DNA of 58,960 nt from a virus. The DNA is taken from the IMG/VR virus record IMGVR_UViG_3300029422_000005. One strand, 5' to 3'. Shown here piece by piece: positions 27,278 through 35,086 of this stretch (position 1 is its first letter; each line of letters starts with the position of its first letter). Both the position numbers and the translations under genes were made by a program. The notes beneath the pieces were generated by a model. That model saw nothing but the letters and a program-made list of their open reading frames with translations. It did not search any database and was not told the DNA's origin.

Positions 27278-27532
27278 ATGGACTTGAGAAACACTGTCGA
27301 AATGATGCTCAGCAGCGATTACAAGGAGCGTTTTCGCGCGGAGTATTACCAGACCAAAATCCGCTATGAAAAGCTGCACCGCATGACTATCCAGTACGAG
27401 GCCGGAACTTTGAATTTTACGCCGTCCTGTTCTTTGGCTCTTTTGAGAGAGCAAAAAGCGGCTATGGGGAATTATCTCCATGCACTCGAAGTCCGTGCAG
27501 AAATCGAAAACATTGATTTAAGCATGAGTTAA
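27278..27532 (+). CDS. Hypothetical protein (84 aa)
   Basis: TAAGGAGG RBS. ...YEKLHRMTIQYEAGTLNFTPSCSLALLREQKAAMGNYLHALEVRAEIE... is a widespread phage protein of unknown function (from memory). Confidence 0.6.
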   Translation: MDLRNTVEMMLSSDYKERFRAEYYQTKIRYEKLHRMTIQYEAGTLNFTPSCSLALLREQKAAMGNYLHALEVRAEIENIDLSMS

Positions 27533-27544
27533 GAGGAGATTATT

Positions 27545-27781
27545 ATGGCAAGCACTACATACGAGCATTTTGTTGACACCAGCAAAATGTACGCCGTACA
27601 AAGACGTTTTCGTGACTTAACGAAAACATTCTGCGATTTTGTTAAGGTCAACAAAATCGACCATCTCGGTAACGTCACCGTAATGGTGCGCAACGCCGGA
27701 GAGTTGCCGCAGCCTTTCTGGCTCGGTGCTGCCTGTGGCGGCGGCTCGTGTAGTGCTGCCACTGTGCCTGCAAGGACTTGA
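27545..27781 (+). CDS. Hypothetical protein, possibly the N-terminal half of a split late regulator
   Basis: GAGGAG RBS. Overlaps the next ORF, which is open in the other frame from 27684. Confidence 0.5.
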   Translation: MASTTYEHFVDTSKMYAVQRRFRDLTKTFCDFVKVNKIDHLGNVTVMVRNAGELPQPFWLGAACGGGSCSAATVPART

Positions 27782-27959
27782 CCAACAGCAGATTACAGCC
27801 GCCATCAAAAGCGCACCGCTTGGGAGGGTTGACCGTAAGATAGCCTTACTGCGGTACGTTGAGCGGCTTCCGCTTCCGGAAATTGCAGCACAGACACATT
27901 ACAGCCGGACGGCAATAGGCTATCGGCTGAAAAGCATTGAAAAAATGCTGGATGTGTGA
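27726..27959 (+). CDS. Sigma-70 region-4-like HTH protein (ArpU/RinA-type late regulator C-terminus)
   Basis: ...DRKIALLRYVERLPLPEIAAQTHYSRTAIGYRLKSIEKML. GTG start with no obvious RBS. Confidence 0.55.
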   Translation: MLPVAAARVVLPLCLQGLDQQQITAAIKSAPLGRVDRKIALLRYVERLPLPEIAAQTHYSRTAIGYRLKSIEKMLDV

Positions 27960-28013
27960 TATAATAACTGTGTTAGTCGAATTAGTTTTGAGCCTCTGCT
28001 CTGACAATTCAAA

Positions 28014-28050
28014 AAGCGGCAGGCTTTCGGGTTTGCCGCTTTTCTTTTTG
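28014..28050 (+). terminator. Rho-independent terminator ending the late/lysis operon
   Basis: agcggca-N12-tgccgct followed by ttttcttttt. Confidence 0.75.
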
Positions 28051-28057
28051 CACGAAT

Positions 28058-28262
28058 TGTGGTATAATGATCTCAACAAATCCTCCCGGCCTCTCGAAGA
28101 AGCGCATTAGGGTGGATATTTGATACAGTCTCCCGCTCGCCTACTCACAGTGCGTACCATGCGAGAGACGTAATTTTTCCGCTTCGGCGGCAGGGCGATT
28201 ACTCGCTCACTTATAATCCATCAGCTTTAGGCTGGTGGATTTTGTTTTATTCGCACTAGTTT
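28058..28262 (+). ncRNA. Candidate sRNA/leader unit 1 (extended -10 promoter to intrinsic terminator)
   Basis: tgtggtataat at 28058-28068. Internal stems gtctc(ccg)ctcgc/gcgagagac and ccgc-ttcg-gcgg. Terminator ccatcagc-tttag-gctggtgg plus attttgtttt. Confidence 0.4.
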
Positions 28263-28385
28263 TGTCGAAAATATTGCCATATATTGGATGATGTGATATC
28301 TTAGCATTGCACTCCAAAGTGTGTACCATTAACAGTTAAGCGCTCATGCGGATTTTTCCGTGTGGGCGCTTTTCTTTTTTGTCCT
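28263..28385 (+). ncRNA. Candidate sRNA/leader unit 2, ending in a 13-bp-stem terminator
   Basis: agcgctcatgcgg-atttttc-ccgtgtgggcgct plus tttcttttttg. Shares the box AGTG[C/T]GTACCAT with unit 1. Confidence 0.4.
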
Positions 28386-28454
28386 TCGTTGTACGTTCGT
28401 TGTCCTTTGCTTTTTGCTGATGCGGTACACTGAGAGCACAAGGAGGGATGTTTT

Positions 28455-28973
28455 ATGAGCTATTATCCGGCACCCGGAGCGCCCTACGTTCCGCAGCAGC
28501 CTGTCAATCCTTACGGCGGCATGGGCACTGTTGGTCTTACCGCTTCCCTGCCGAACACACAGATGCAACAGGCACAGCCGCAGCGTCCGCAGCCGATGAA
28601 TGGGCAGCAGCCTGTTCAGCAGTCGGCACAGGACGGAGGTTGGTTACTCGGCAGACCTGTTTCCAGCAGGGAAGAATTTCTGGCGATACCGTCAGACCTG
28701 TACGGCAGACCGACCTATTGCCCGGACTTGCGCAGTGGCGTGATCTACTGCAAGCGGCTCAACCCGGACACCTGTGAATCCTATGTACAGGAGTTTTACA
28801 GCCCGGAAGCATGGCGACAGATGCAAGCACAACAGGCGCAGCAGACCGCTGCACCGACACAGCAGTATGTGCCTATTGAGCAGTACAATGCCCTTGTCCA
28901 CCGACTGGATGAACTGGAAAAATGGCAGAAGAGCTTTTCTAAGCCCGCTACCGCAGCGAAGAAAGGAGAATAA
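28455..28973 (+). CDS. Orphan-operon protein A: Pro/Gln-rich N-terminus, central Cys-containing domain, C-terminal helix
   Basis: AAGGAGGG RBS. MSYYPAPGAPYVPQQPVNPYGG...QQAQPQRPQPMNGQQPVQQ... Confidence 0.7.
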   Translation: MSYYPAPGAPYVPQQPVNPYGGMGTVGLTASLPNTQMQQAQPQRPQPMNGQQPVQQSAQDGGWLLGRPVSSREEFLAIPSDLYGRPTYCPDLRSGVIYCKRLNPDTCESYVQEFYSPEAWRQMQAQQAQQTAAPTQQYVPIEQYNALVHRLDELEKWQKSFSKPATAAKKGE

Positions 28974-28976
28974 GCG

Positions 28977-29228
28977 ATGCCCTCTCCATTTGATATGATT
29001 ACTCACAGCCCTATCATGCAGCTTGCAAATCTGGCTCGTGCCGGGCAAAACCCGATGGGGCTTATCCAGCAGTTGGGTGGGCAGAGCGCACCCATCATGC
29101 AGGGGCTGAACCTGATTCAGGGAAAGAACGAATCACAGCTCCGGACGATGGCGCAGAACCTCGCCATAGAGCGCGGCATCGACCTGAACCAGCTGGCAAG
29201 CGTCCTGAATTTGACGCTTCCGAAGTGA
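28977..29228 (+). CDS. Orphan-operon protein B (83 aa, Gln/Leu/Asn-rich)
   Basis: AAAGGAG RBS, 3 nt after the stop of A. Confidence 0.65.
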   Translation: MPSPFDMITHSPIMQLANLARAGQNPMGLIQQLGGQSAPIMQGLNLIQGKNESQLRTMAQNLAIERGIDLNQLASVLNLTLPK

Positions 29229-29240
29229 GGAGGCTTTACA

Positions 29241-29402
29241 ATGGATGATTTTGAAAACAGCCATCCAGAAAAAGATTTTGACATCAACAATCTGTGTGGC
29301 AATGACAAAATATGGATTCCTTTAATGCTCGGATTGATTTTCGGCGCTGTCAGCAAAACGTGGGACGACCCGAAAGATAAAAAAGACAATCCTCCAAGCT
29401 GA
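29241..29402 (+). CDS. Orphan-operon protein C: 53-aa single-TM peptide starting MDDF
   Basis: GAGGAGG RBS. MDDFENSHPEKDFDINNLCGNDKIWIPLMLGLIFGAVSKTWDDPKDKKDNPPS. Below the ORF-track length cut-off. Confidence 0.55.
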   Translation: MDDFENSHPEKDFDINNLCGNDKIWIPLMLGLIFGAVSKTWDDPKDKKDNPPS

Positions 29403-29543
29403 CTTAACAATCCCCAAATAATCATCCCTCTAAGCGAAACGCTTCTCAGTTTTTGCGGACTTGACAAAAACCGCATTTGTTTGGCTTCGCCCATCGCATA
29501 CGGCGGTGGGATGGCATAACGCAAAACTGAAAGGAGTTTTGTT

Positions 29544-30416
29544 ATGGACGATTTTGCAACTGGCTATCTGGCTGGGCAGGACGGCGGCAATAACAACAGC
29601 GGATTCTTCGGCAACGAAGGTCTGTGGGCGGTTATCATCCTCGCCATCATCTTCGGCTGGGGCGCAAACGGCTATGACCGCAACGGCGGCGACAACGGCA
29701 TGAACGCCTACATCCCCTATCTGGTCGGCACCGGAGCAAGCGGTCAGGGCGGTGCGGACACCCGCGCAGCTCTGTCTGAGGGCTTCTACCAGCAGGACAC
29801 CTCCCGCTCTCTGGCGGGTATCCAGAGCGGTATCTGCTCTCTGGGCTATGACCAGCTGGCGCAGATCAATGGCATCAACGCCAACATTGCGAACGGCTTT
29901 GCTGGCGTGAACAGCGCCATCTGTCAGCTTGGCTACCAGAACGCACAGCTCGTGAACGGTCTGGAACGCAGCGTGTCCAATGGCGACAACGCCATCAACC
30001 TTGCCATCATGCAGGAGGGCAACGCACGGCAGGCTGGCCAGACCGCACTTGCCACGCAGCTGGCATCTTGCTGCTGCGAGAACAAGCAGCTGATCGGCGA
30101 CCTGAAGTACACCATCGCAACAGAGGACTGCGCTACCCGTCAGGCTATCGCAGACAATGCCCGCGCAGTTATCGACAACTGCAACGCGAACTACCGCGCT
30201 ATGATGGACTACTTCACGCAGGATAAGATCGCCACTCTGACCGCTGAGAACCAGAACCTCAAGTTCGCCGCTTCTCAGGATCGGCAGAATGCGCTTTTGA
30301 CCACCGTGATGTCCCAGCAGACTGATACCATCCTGAACCGGGTCAATCCTCGTCCGATTCCCGCTTATCAGGTGGCAAACCCTAACGTGGGCGTGAACTG
30401 CTGCGGCTGCTGCTAA
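29544..30416 (+). CDS. Orphan-operon protein D: MDDF N-terminus, TM anchor, internal about-27-aa repeats, Cys clusters, C-terminal NCCGCC
   Basis: AAAGGAG RBS. LWAVIILAIIFGWG TM. GIQSGICSLGYDQLAQINGINANIANGF / AGVNSAICQLGYQNAQLVNGLERSVSNG. ASCCCENK. Ends VGVNCCGCC. Confidence 0.75.
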   Translation: MDDFATGYLAGQDGGNNNSGFFGNEGLWAVIILAIIFGWGANGYDRNGGDNGMNAYIPYLVGTGASGQGGADTRAALSEGFYQQDTSRSLAGIQSGICSLGYDQLAQINGINANIANGFAGVNSAICQLGYQNAQLVNGLERSVSNGDNAINLAIMQEGNARQAGQTALATQLASCCCENKQLIGDLKYTIATEDCATRQAIADNARAVIDNCNANYRAMMDYFTQDKIATLTAENQNLKFAASQDRQNALLTTVMSQQTDTILNRVNPRPIPAYQVANPNVGVNCCGCC

Positions 30417-30451
30417 CCAACACACTCCCCGATAACACCGGGTGAACCATC

Positions 30452-30488
30452 GGGGCAGGGGTAAGACACCTCTGCCCCTGATTTTTTA
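30452..30488 (+). terminator. Intra-operon intrinsic terminator/attenuator between D and E
   Basis: ggggcag-N13-ctgcccc plus tgatttttt, preceded by a second stem ccccgat/atcgggg. Confidence 0.6.
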
Positions 30489-30501
30489 GGAGGAAAACAT
30501 T

Positions 30502-30873
30502 ATGGCTTGCAAAACAAGCTGCAAACTCTGCTCCCACTTGGTCATCAGTCAGGCGGTCACGTTCGCCAACGATACGCTGACCATCAATATCCCTGCTGGC
30601 GCATACCAGAACGGAGAGAAGTATTGCATCGTGGTTGCCCAGAGCATCCCGGACACGACCACCATCAACGCCCCTGTTGTCATTACCATCGGTGCAGGTA
30701 CGACCGCATACCCTCTGACAGACTGCAACTGCGCTCAGGCAACCGCCGAGAGCATCCACACCCGCACCCGTTACGCTACCCGCGTTGCAACGTCTGCGAC
30801 CGGCACAGGCACGTTCAAGTATCTTGGCTGCTTCTGCCGTTCCCACGCTGGCGCGCCCGCGTCCATTTCTTGA
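30502..30873 (+). CDS. Orphan-operon protein E: beta-rich, Thr/Ala-rich 123-aa protein with terminal Cys motifs
   Basis: TAGGAGG RBS. MACKTSCKLCSH..., ...DCNCAQ..., ...YLGCFCRSH... Confidence 0.7.
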   Translation: MACKTSCKLCSHLVISQAVTFANDTLTINIPAGAYQNGEKYCIVVAQSIPDTTTINAPVVITIGAGTTAYPLTDCNCAQATAESIHTRTRYATRVATSATGTGTFKYLGCFCRSHAGAPASIS

Positions 30874-30886
30874 GGAGGTATAGATT

Positions 30887-31525
30887 ATGGGCAAGACTAA
30901 TTTTCGCCGCATGATGATGCTCCGTGACCACGACAAAGACCGTGAGCCGGAACGTGACCGCCTTGAGGAAGAGCGTGACCGCAGGGAGCGTGAGATGGAA
31001 CGCCGTCTGCGTAAGCTTGAAGGTGGCAACGACCGCTATCCCTATTATCCGCAGGAGGAGAACCGCTACATTGACCCATACCCCATCCCCCGCTACCCTG
31101 ACGTAGAGTATGGACGCAAGATGCCGCAAATCGGCTTCTCACAAAACGGCGACTGGGATAAGCGGTCGGGACAGTACGAACGTGGCGGCGCAGACAGCCG
31201 CTCCATCAAGATGCCACGCCAGCACCTCACCCACGATGAAGCGGAGGAATGGTGCGACAGCATGGTGAACGCTGATGGCACGAAAGGCTGTCACTGGACG
31301 CTGGAACAGACACAGGATGTTGCCAAGCAGCGCAATATCACCTGCGACCCAAACGATTTCTGGGCTGTCATGAACATGATGTACTCGGATTATTGTCAGG
31401 TTGCAAAGCGTCAGTCCGTTGACACTCCTGGCTTCTACGCTGACATGGCAAAGGCGTTCCTTGAGGACGTAGATGCCGCAGATGGCAAGGCATATCTCTA
31501 CTGGGATTGCATTGCTGATAAGTAA
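30887..31525 (+). CDS. Orphan-operon protein F: Arg/Asp/Glu-rich N-terminal tract plus a Cys/Trp-containing C-terminal domain
   Basis: GAGGAGG RBS. RDHDKDREPERDRLEEERDRREREMERRLRK..., C-terminal ...ADGTKGCHWTLEQTQDVAKQRNITCDPNDFWAVMNMMYSDYCQVAK... Confidence 0.7.
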   Translation: MGKTNFRRMMMLRDHDKDREPERDRLEEERDRREREMERRLRKLEGGNDRYPYYPQEENRYIDPYPIPRYPDVEYGRKMPQIGFSQNGDWDKRSGQYERGGADSRSIKMPRQHLTHDEAEEWCDSMVNADGTKGCHWTLEQTQDVAKQRNITCDPNDFWAVMNMMYSDYCQVAKRQSVDTPGFYADMAKAFLEDVDAADGKAYLYWDCIADK

Positions 31526-31530
31526 ATAAG

Positions 31531-31565
31531 AACCCCTGTGTAGTCGTAATGACCGCACAGGGGTT
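31531..31565. terminator. Bidirectional hairpin (aacccctgtg/cacaggggtt) between convergent operons
   Basis: Perfect 10-bp stem read directly from the sequence. Confidence 0.7.
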
Positions 31566-31571
31566 TGTACT

Positions 31572-31985
31572 TTAGCAAGTTCCTGTATCTCCAATTTTCT
31601 TCATGGTGCTCTTAAGATTTGGCACATCTGCTTCCGGCATTTTACGTTTGATGCCAATAATCGCTTGCGTGATTCCAGCTTTGTTTAACTGGTTTACAGA
31701 CTTACGGAACACAAAATCAATGTTCATATTCGCCTTGATTGTTCCGTCATCTTCAAGATAGCAGTTTGGAATCCACACATTTTGATTGCTTCCATTGATT
31801 TTGAAACGCTTTGCTTTGTAGCAACCGTAATCCTCTCTTACAATCAGCTCAACAGGAATACCCTTGTAATACTGCGTGTCAGTATTGTACTTTTCAGCCA
31901 GTTTTGCTTTACGTTTTGCTACCTCTGCGTTGATTTTGGCTTGTTCCTCTTTGCTTCTGTGCTTGCGTGGTCTATATGGTCGCAT
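31572..31985 (-). CDS. Hypothetical basic protein (137 aa)
   Basis: ORF track. Lys/Arg-rich N-terminus. Confidence 0.6.
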   Translation of the reverse strand: MRPYRPRKHRSKEEQAKINAEVAKRKAKLAEKYNTDTQYYKGIPVELIVREDYGCYKAKRFKINGSNQNVWIPNCYLEDDGTIKANMNIDFVFRKSVNQLNKAGITQAIIGIKRKMPEADVPNLKSTMKKIGDTGTC

Positions 31986-32004
31986 ACAAAACCCTCCAAC
32001 GCCA

Positions 32005-32919
32005 TTAGCCTAAGTCAATCTGGTCTTTCGACGCTGCAACGGACAGGTTGTAGATGTACTCTCCTGCCGTAAATCCGTGCTTGCGGGCTTCTCTCGTAAC
32101 GAACGTCCGCTCGCTGTCGCTCATAAGAATTGTGATTCGCTTGCTACGTTTGCCGTCACCCTTCTGCCCCTGATGGGAAGTGTAAGGCTGAATCTCCATC
32201 GTGCGCTTTGCATCGCTGACAGATAGGTTGGTAAGAGCAATCATAATCTGCTGGTTCTGCTGAACGATGGCTTGCAAGACTTCCGTGTTCTTCATCAGCA
32301 CTTGCAAGATTGCATCGTTCTGCGCGTCAGGCTTGTTCTCCTGCTGGTTCATACTGTAAGAGCCAGTCTTGCGAAGCGTAGGAAGCACATCATGCGTTAC
32401 CCATCTCTTAAAACGGCGAAGCTTCTCAATCCTTTCCTTGATTTCGATGGGGTACTCATCTGACACCCCATGATTATGCGCTTTTTGCGGCTGCATTGCA
32501 AAAAGAAGAGCATATAACCCGGATTCGTTGATAACAGTCACTGTTTGCTCACGCCCAAGAGAATCTTTGATTTTCAAGGAACGCTTATCGCAATCGTCAA
32601 TTCGTCCGATGCTTCTATTTGGGTTCTTGTCTTGAAACGCATTACATACATCCCTACCGACAAACCAGTACTCTCCGTTTTTCACAAATGTTCTGATTGA
32701 GCCAAACTCTTCGTTCTTAAAGATTTGAAGTGCGTTTCTGTTATCCATCATATCCTCCATATTCAACTGTTTGGCATCTTCCACGCCGACCTCATACGCC
32801 TTGTAAGTGATGCGAGATAACGCTTCCGCAATCTCATAATCATCCTTATTGAGCGGACGACCATTGTTGTTTTTCTTGAAGTTTTCGAGAATCTCTTCTT
32901 TCGTTGCCGGAATGTTCAT
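32005..32919 (-). CDS. BRO-N-domain antirepressor-like protein with a C-terminal RHH module
   Basis: ...LQIFKNEEFGSIRTFVKNGEYWFVGRDVCNAF... (BRO-N). C-terminal GDGKRSKRITILMSDSERTFVTREARKHGFTAGEYIYNL. Start set at MNIPATKEE. Confidence 0.7.
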   Translation of the reverse strand: MNIPATKEEILENFKKNNNGRPLNKDDYEIAEALSRITYKAYEVGVEDAKQLNMEDMMDNRNALQIFKNEEFGSIRTFVKNGEYWFVGRDVCNAFQDKNPNRSIGRIDDCDKRSLKIKDSLGREQTVTVINESGLYALLFAMQPQKAHNHGVSDEYPIEIKERIEKLRRFKRWVTHDVLPTLRKTGSYSMNQQENKPDAQNDAILQVLMKNTEVLQAIVQQNQQIMIALTNLSVSDAKRTMEIQPYTSHQGQKGDGKRSKRITILMSDSERTFVTREARKHGFTAGEYIYNLSVAASKDQIDLG

Positions 32920-33053
32920 TGGCTTTACCACAAAAATCTTGCTTGTAATGCAACTATGAAGATGATATAATGGATTTATCACCCATAATCGCATGGAGTG
33001 TAATCCCTTAAACTGCCGGTGACCGCCAAGTTACGAACAGTTTAGGGGATTTT

Positions 33054-33227
33054 TTATTTTTGATGTTCAAGCCATTGCTGGACAGCTTCACGAACGGCTT
33101 CTCCCTTAGAAATGCCGTTTTTTTCGCAATAATCCGAAAGCTGTTTGTCAGTATTCACGTCCAAACGGACGCTTGTGCGAACACTGTTCGGGTTTTCCAG
33201 CTTTGGTCTTCCCATTTTTGCACTCAT
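33054..33227 (-). CDS. Small RHH (CopG/MetJ-like) protein, 57 aa
   Basis: GGAGGTG RBS. MSAKMGRPKLENPNSVRTSVRLDVNTDKQLSDYCEKNGISKGEAVREAVQQWLEHQK. Below the ORF-track length cut-off. Confidence 0.6.
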   Translation of the reverse strand: MSAKMGRPKLENPNSVRTSVRLDVNTDKQLSDYCEKNGISKGEAVREAVQQWLEHQK

Positions 33228-33257
33228 GCGTTCACCTCCACTTTTGAGCGCACATTA

Positions 33258-33286
33258 AGTATACTATTTGTGTGCTTAAAAGTCAA
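33258..33286 (-). promoter_or_regulatory. Promoter TTGACT-17-TATACT on the minus strand
   Basis: The rc reads ttgacttttaagcacacaaatagtatact. About 30 nt upstream of the RHH gene. Confidence 0.55.
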
Positions 33287-33339
33287 TACCTACTACCGGA
33301 AGATACAGTTTGCAGGTATATCGTGTTTCACGACATACC

Positions 33340-33912
33340 TCAATCCTCCAAGAAATCTTCCAACTCAATCTTCCCATCTGCCGCAGCAGCAGCCAGAGCG
33401 TACACATACTGCCCGATGGTCATTCCGTGCCGTCTGGCTTCACGGTTGATATACTTGCGCTCTTCCTCGCTCATAAGAATGGTAATGCGCTTTGAACGCT
33501 TGCCATCACCGCTTGCAACGCCCTGATGCGATACTGGCATCGGGATTTTTTTCTTTGTCAAGCCAGCTTCGGCTAGTGCACCAGATACATCGCCCTGTTC
33601 GATAAGACGTTGAACTTCCTTCGCTTGTTTCAGCTTCTTTGGCTTACTTTCGCTTACTACGGCATTGCTCGGCTGTGTTTCGCTGTCTTTGGCTTGCTTC
33701 GGCTTAATACTGCTTAGTTGTGCTTCATTAGGCTGTGCATGGCTGCCTGTGGCTTCACTAGGCTTAATCTGTGCTTGTTCGGCTTCGTTCGGCTTTGCTT
33801 GGCTTACTTCTTCTTCCTTTGGCTCACTTCGGCTTAATGGCTGTTCCGAAAAAACAGGCTGGAAGTCAAACCCGCCAAGCAAACCCGTGGATTTTTTGCT
33901 GGTTGACTTCAT
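33340..33912 (-). CDS. Low-complexity repeat protein with a C-terminal RHH module (candidate centromere-binding partner of ParA)
   Basis: ATGA overlap with the upstream stop. KP[NS]EA/QPNEA repeats. C-terminal GDGKRSKRITILMSEEERKYINREARRHGMTIGQYVYAL. Confidence 0.65.
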   Translation of the reverse strand: MKSTSKKSTGLLGGFDFQPVFSEQPLSRSEPKEEEVSQAKPNEAEQAQIKPSEATGSHAQPNEAQLSSIKPKQAKDSETQPSNAVVSESKPKKLKQAKEVQRLIEQGDVSGALAEAGLTKKKIPMPVSHQGVASGDGKRSKRITILMSEEERKYINREARRHGMTIGQYVYALAAAAADGKIELEDFLED

Positions 33913-34304
33913 TCTTCTTCCTCCCAATCTTCATCAAGGTCAGGAACGGTCGGCAACGGCATCCAGTGAGTTATATTATGCGGCTTTCCGCTTTTGTCCC
34001 GCCATTCCTTAAAATCTTCTTCATAGCCTACAATTTCTACATCGTATTCGTCTTTGCTAAACCCGATAACGTATGGGTTTAGTTCATCTGGCATTTCATC
34101 TTCTGATTTCGCCCATTGATTATTTGCAAGTTCTTTCTGCCACTTTTTGCAATATTTTTCAGCTAGATACCACTGAGAATGAAACGCCATTTCTTTCTCT
34201 TTATCGGAAAGGTCATTAAATGAAAAACCAAAATTGATAATGTAGACTTGCTCCGTGTCATCAGAACAAGTTGCATTCAAAAGATGTGGGTACAAATCGC
34301 TCAT
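33909..34304 (-). CDS. Acidic protein with a DUF551-like C-terminus
   Basis: ...GKPHNITHWMPLPTVPDLDEDWEEEE. Start overlaps the parA stop. Confidence 0.6.
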   Translation of the reverse strand: MSDLYPHLLNATCSDDTEQVYIINFGFSFNDLSDKEKEMAFHSQWYLAEKYCKKWQKELANNQWAKSEDEMPDELNPYVIGFSKDEYDVEIVGYEEDFKEWRDKSGKPHNITHWMPLPTVPDLDEDWEEEE

Positions 34305-35071
34305 TTTTCTTTCCCCTCTACAATCTTCTTTGCCAGCTCTTTGAAATCCTCTGCGCTGGTACTCTTTGCCGTGTCACCACTAAACAGGCTGTGACGTTCT
34401 GCCTGCGCCTTACGAACGCCCATAGACGGTCTAATCTTCACGTCCAGCAGGGTTGTACCCATGCTCTGTGCAATCACAGGAAGCTGCTCCACAACCTCTT
34501 TGGACAGGTTCTCACGGCTCTTGTACTGGTTCAGAAGCAGACCTTCAATCTTCAAAGTCGGGTTGAAGTATCTGCGAACATCGCTGATGGTCTGCGAAAG
34601 CTGGCTCAAACCAGCCAGTGCGTATCGGTCTGCTGTGATGGGCACGACGATGCTGTTGGCGGCGATCAGCGCGTTCACAAGCGCAAGACCAAGCTGCGGA
34701 GGAGTGTCCAGCACAATGTAATCGTACTGTTCAGACACGCTTTCAAGGGCTTCTCGCAGCCGGAAGTTCTTGCCCATGTCCCGGACAAGCTGTTCATCAA
34801 TGTCCTTCAATGCGTTGTCGGACGGCAGAATGTCACCGGCTTCACAGTGCTGGATTCCTTCTTCGACCGTGCCTTGCCGTGTCATCACATCAAATAGGGT
34901 GCATACGTCCTCTGTCTGTGCACCATAGGTGTCCGTTGCGTTGCACTGGGCATCGCAGTCCACCAGCAAGACCTTCTTGCCAAGTAACTGCAACGCACCA
35001 GCCAGACAGGTGCTTGTGGTGGTCTTTCCTGTGCCGCCCTTTTGGTTGGCGATAGCTATGATTTTTGCCAT
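34301..35071 (-). CDS. parA: ParA-family partition ATPase
   Basis: MAKIIAIANQKGGTGKTTTS (deviant Walker A KGGxGKT). 256 aa, immediately downstream of rep. Confidence 0.9.
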   Translation of the reverse strand: MAKIIAIANQKGGTGKTTTSTCLAGALQLLGKKVLLVDCDAQCNATDTYGAQTEDVCTLFDVMTRQGTVEEGIQHCEAGDILPSDNALKDIDEQLVRDMGKNFRLREALESVSEQYDYIVLDTPPQLGLALVNALIAANSIVVPITADRYALAGLSQLSQTISDVRRYFNPTLKIEGLLLNQYKSRENLSKEVVEQLPVIAQSMGTTLLDVKIRPSMGVRKAQAERHSLFSGDTAKSTSAEDFKELAKKIVEGKEK

Positions 35072-35086
35072 TTTATCACTCTTTCT

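Noticed and set aside
29430-30425. 331-aa minus-strand ORF antisense to orphan-operon gene D
   Set aside because: No RBS and a low-complexity Ala/Val/Gly-rich translation. The plus-strand ORF has a strong RBS, a TM segment and internal repeats.
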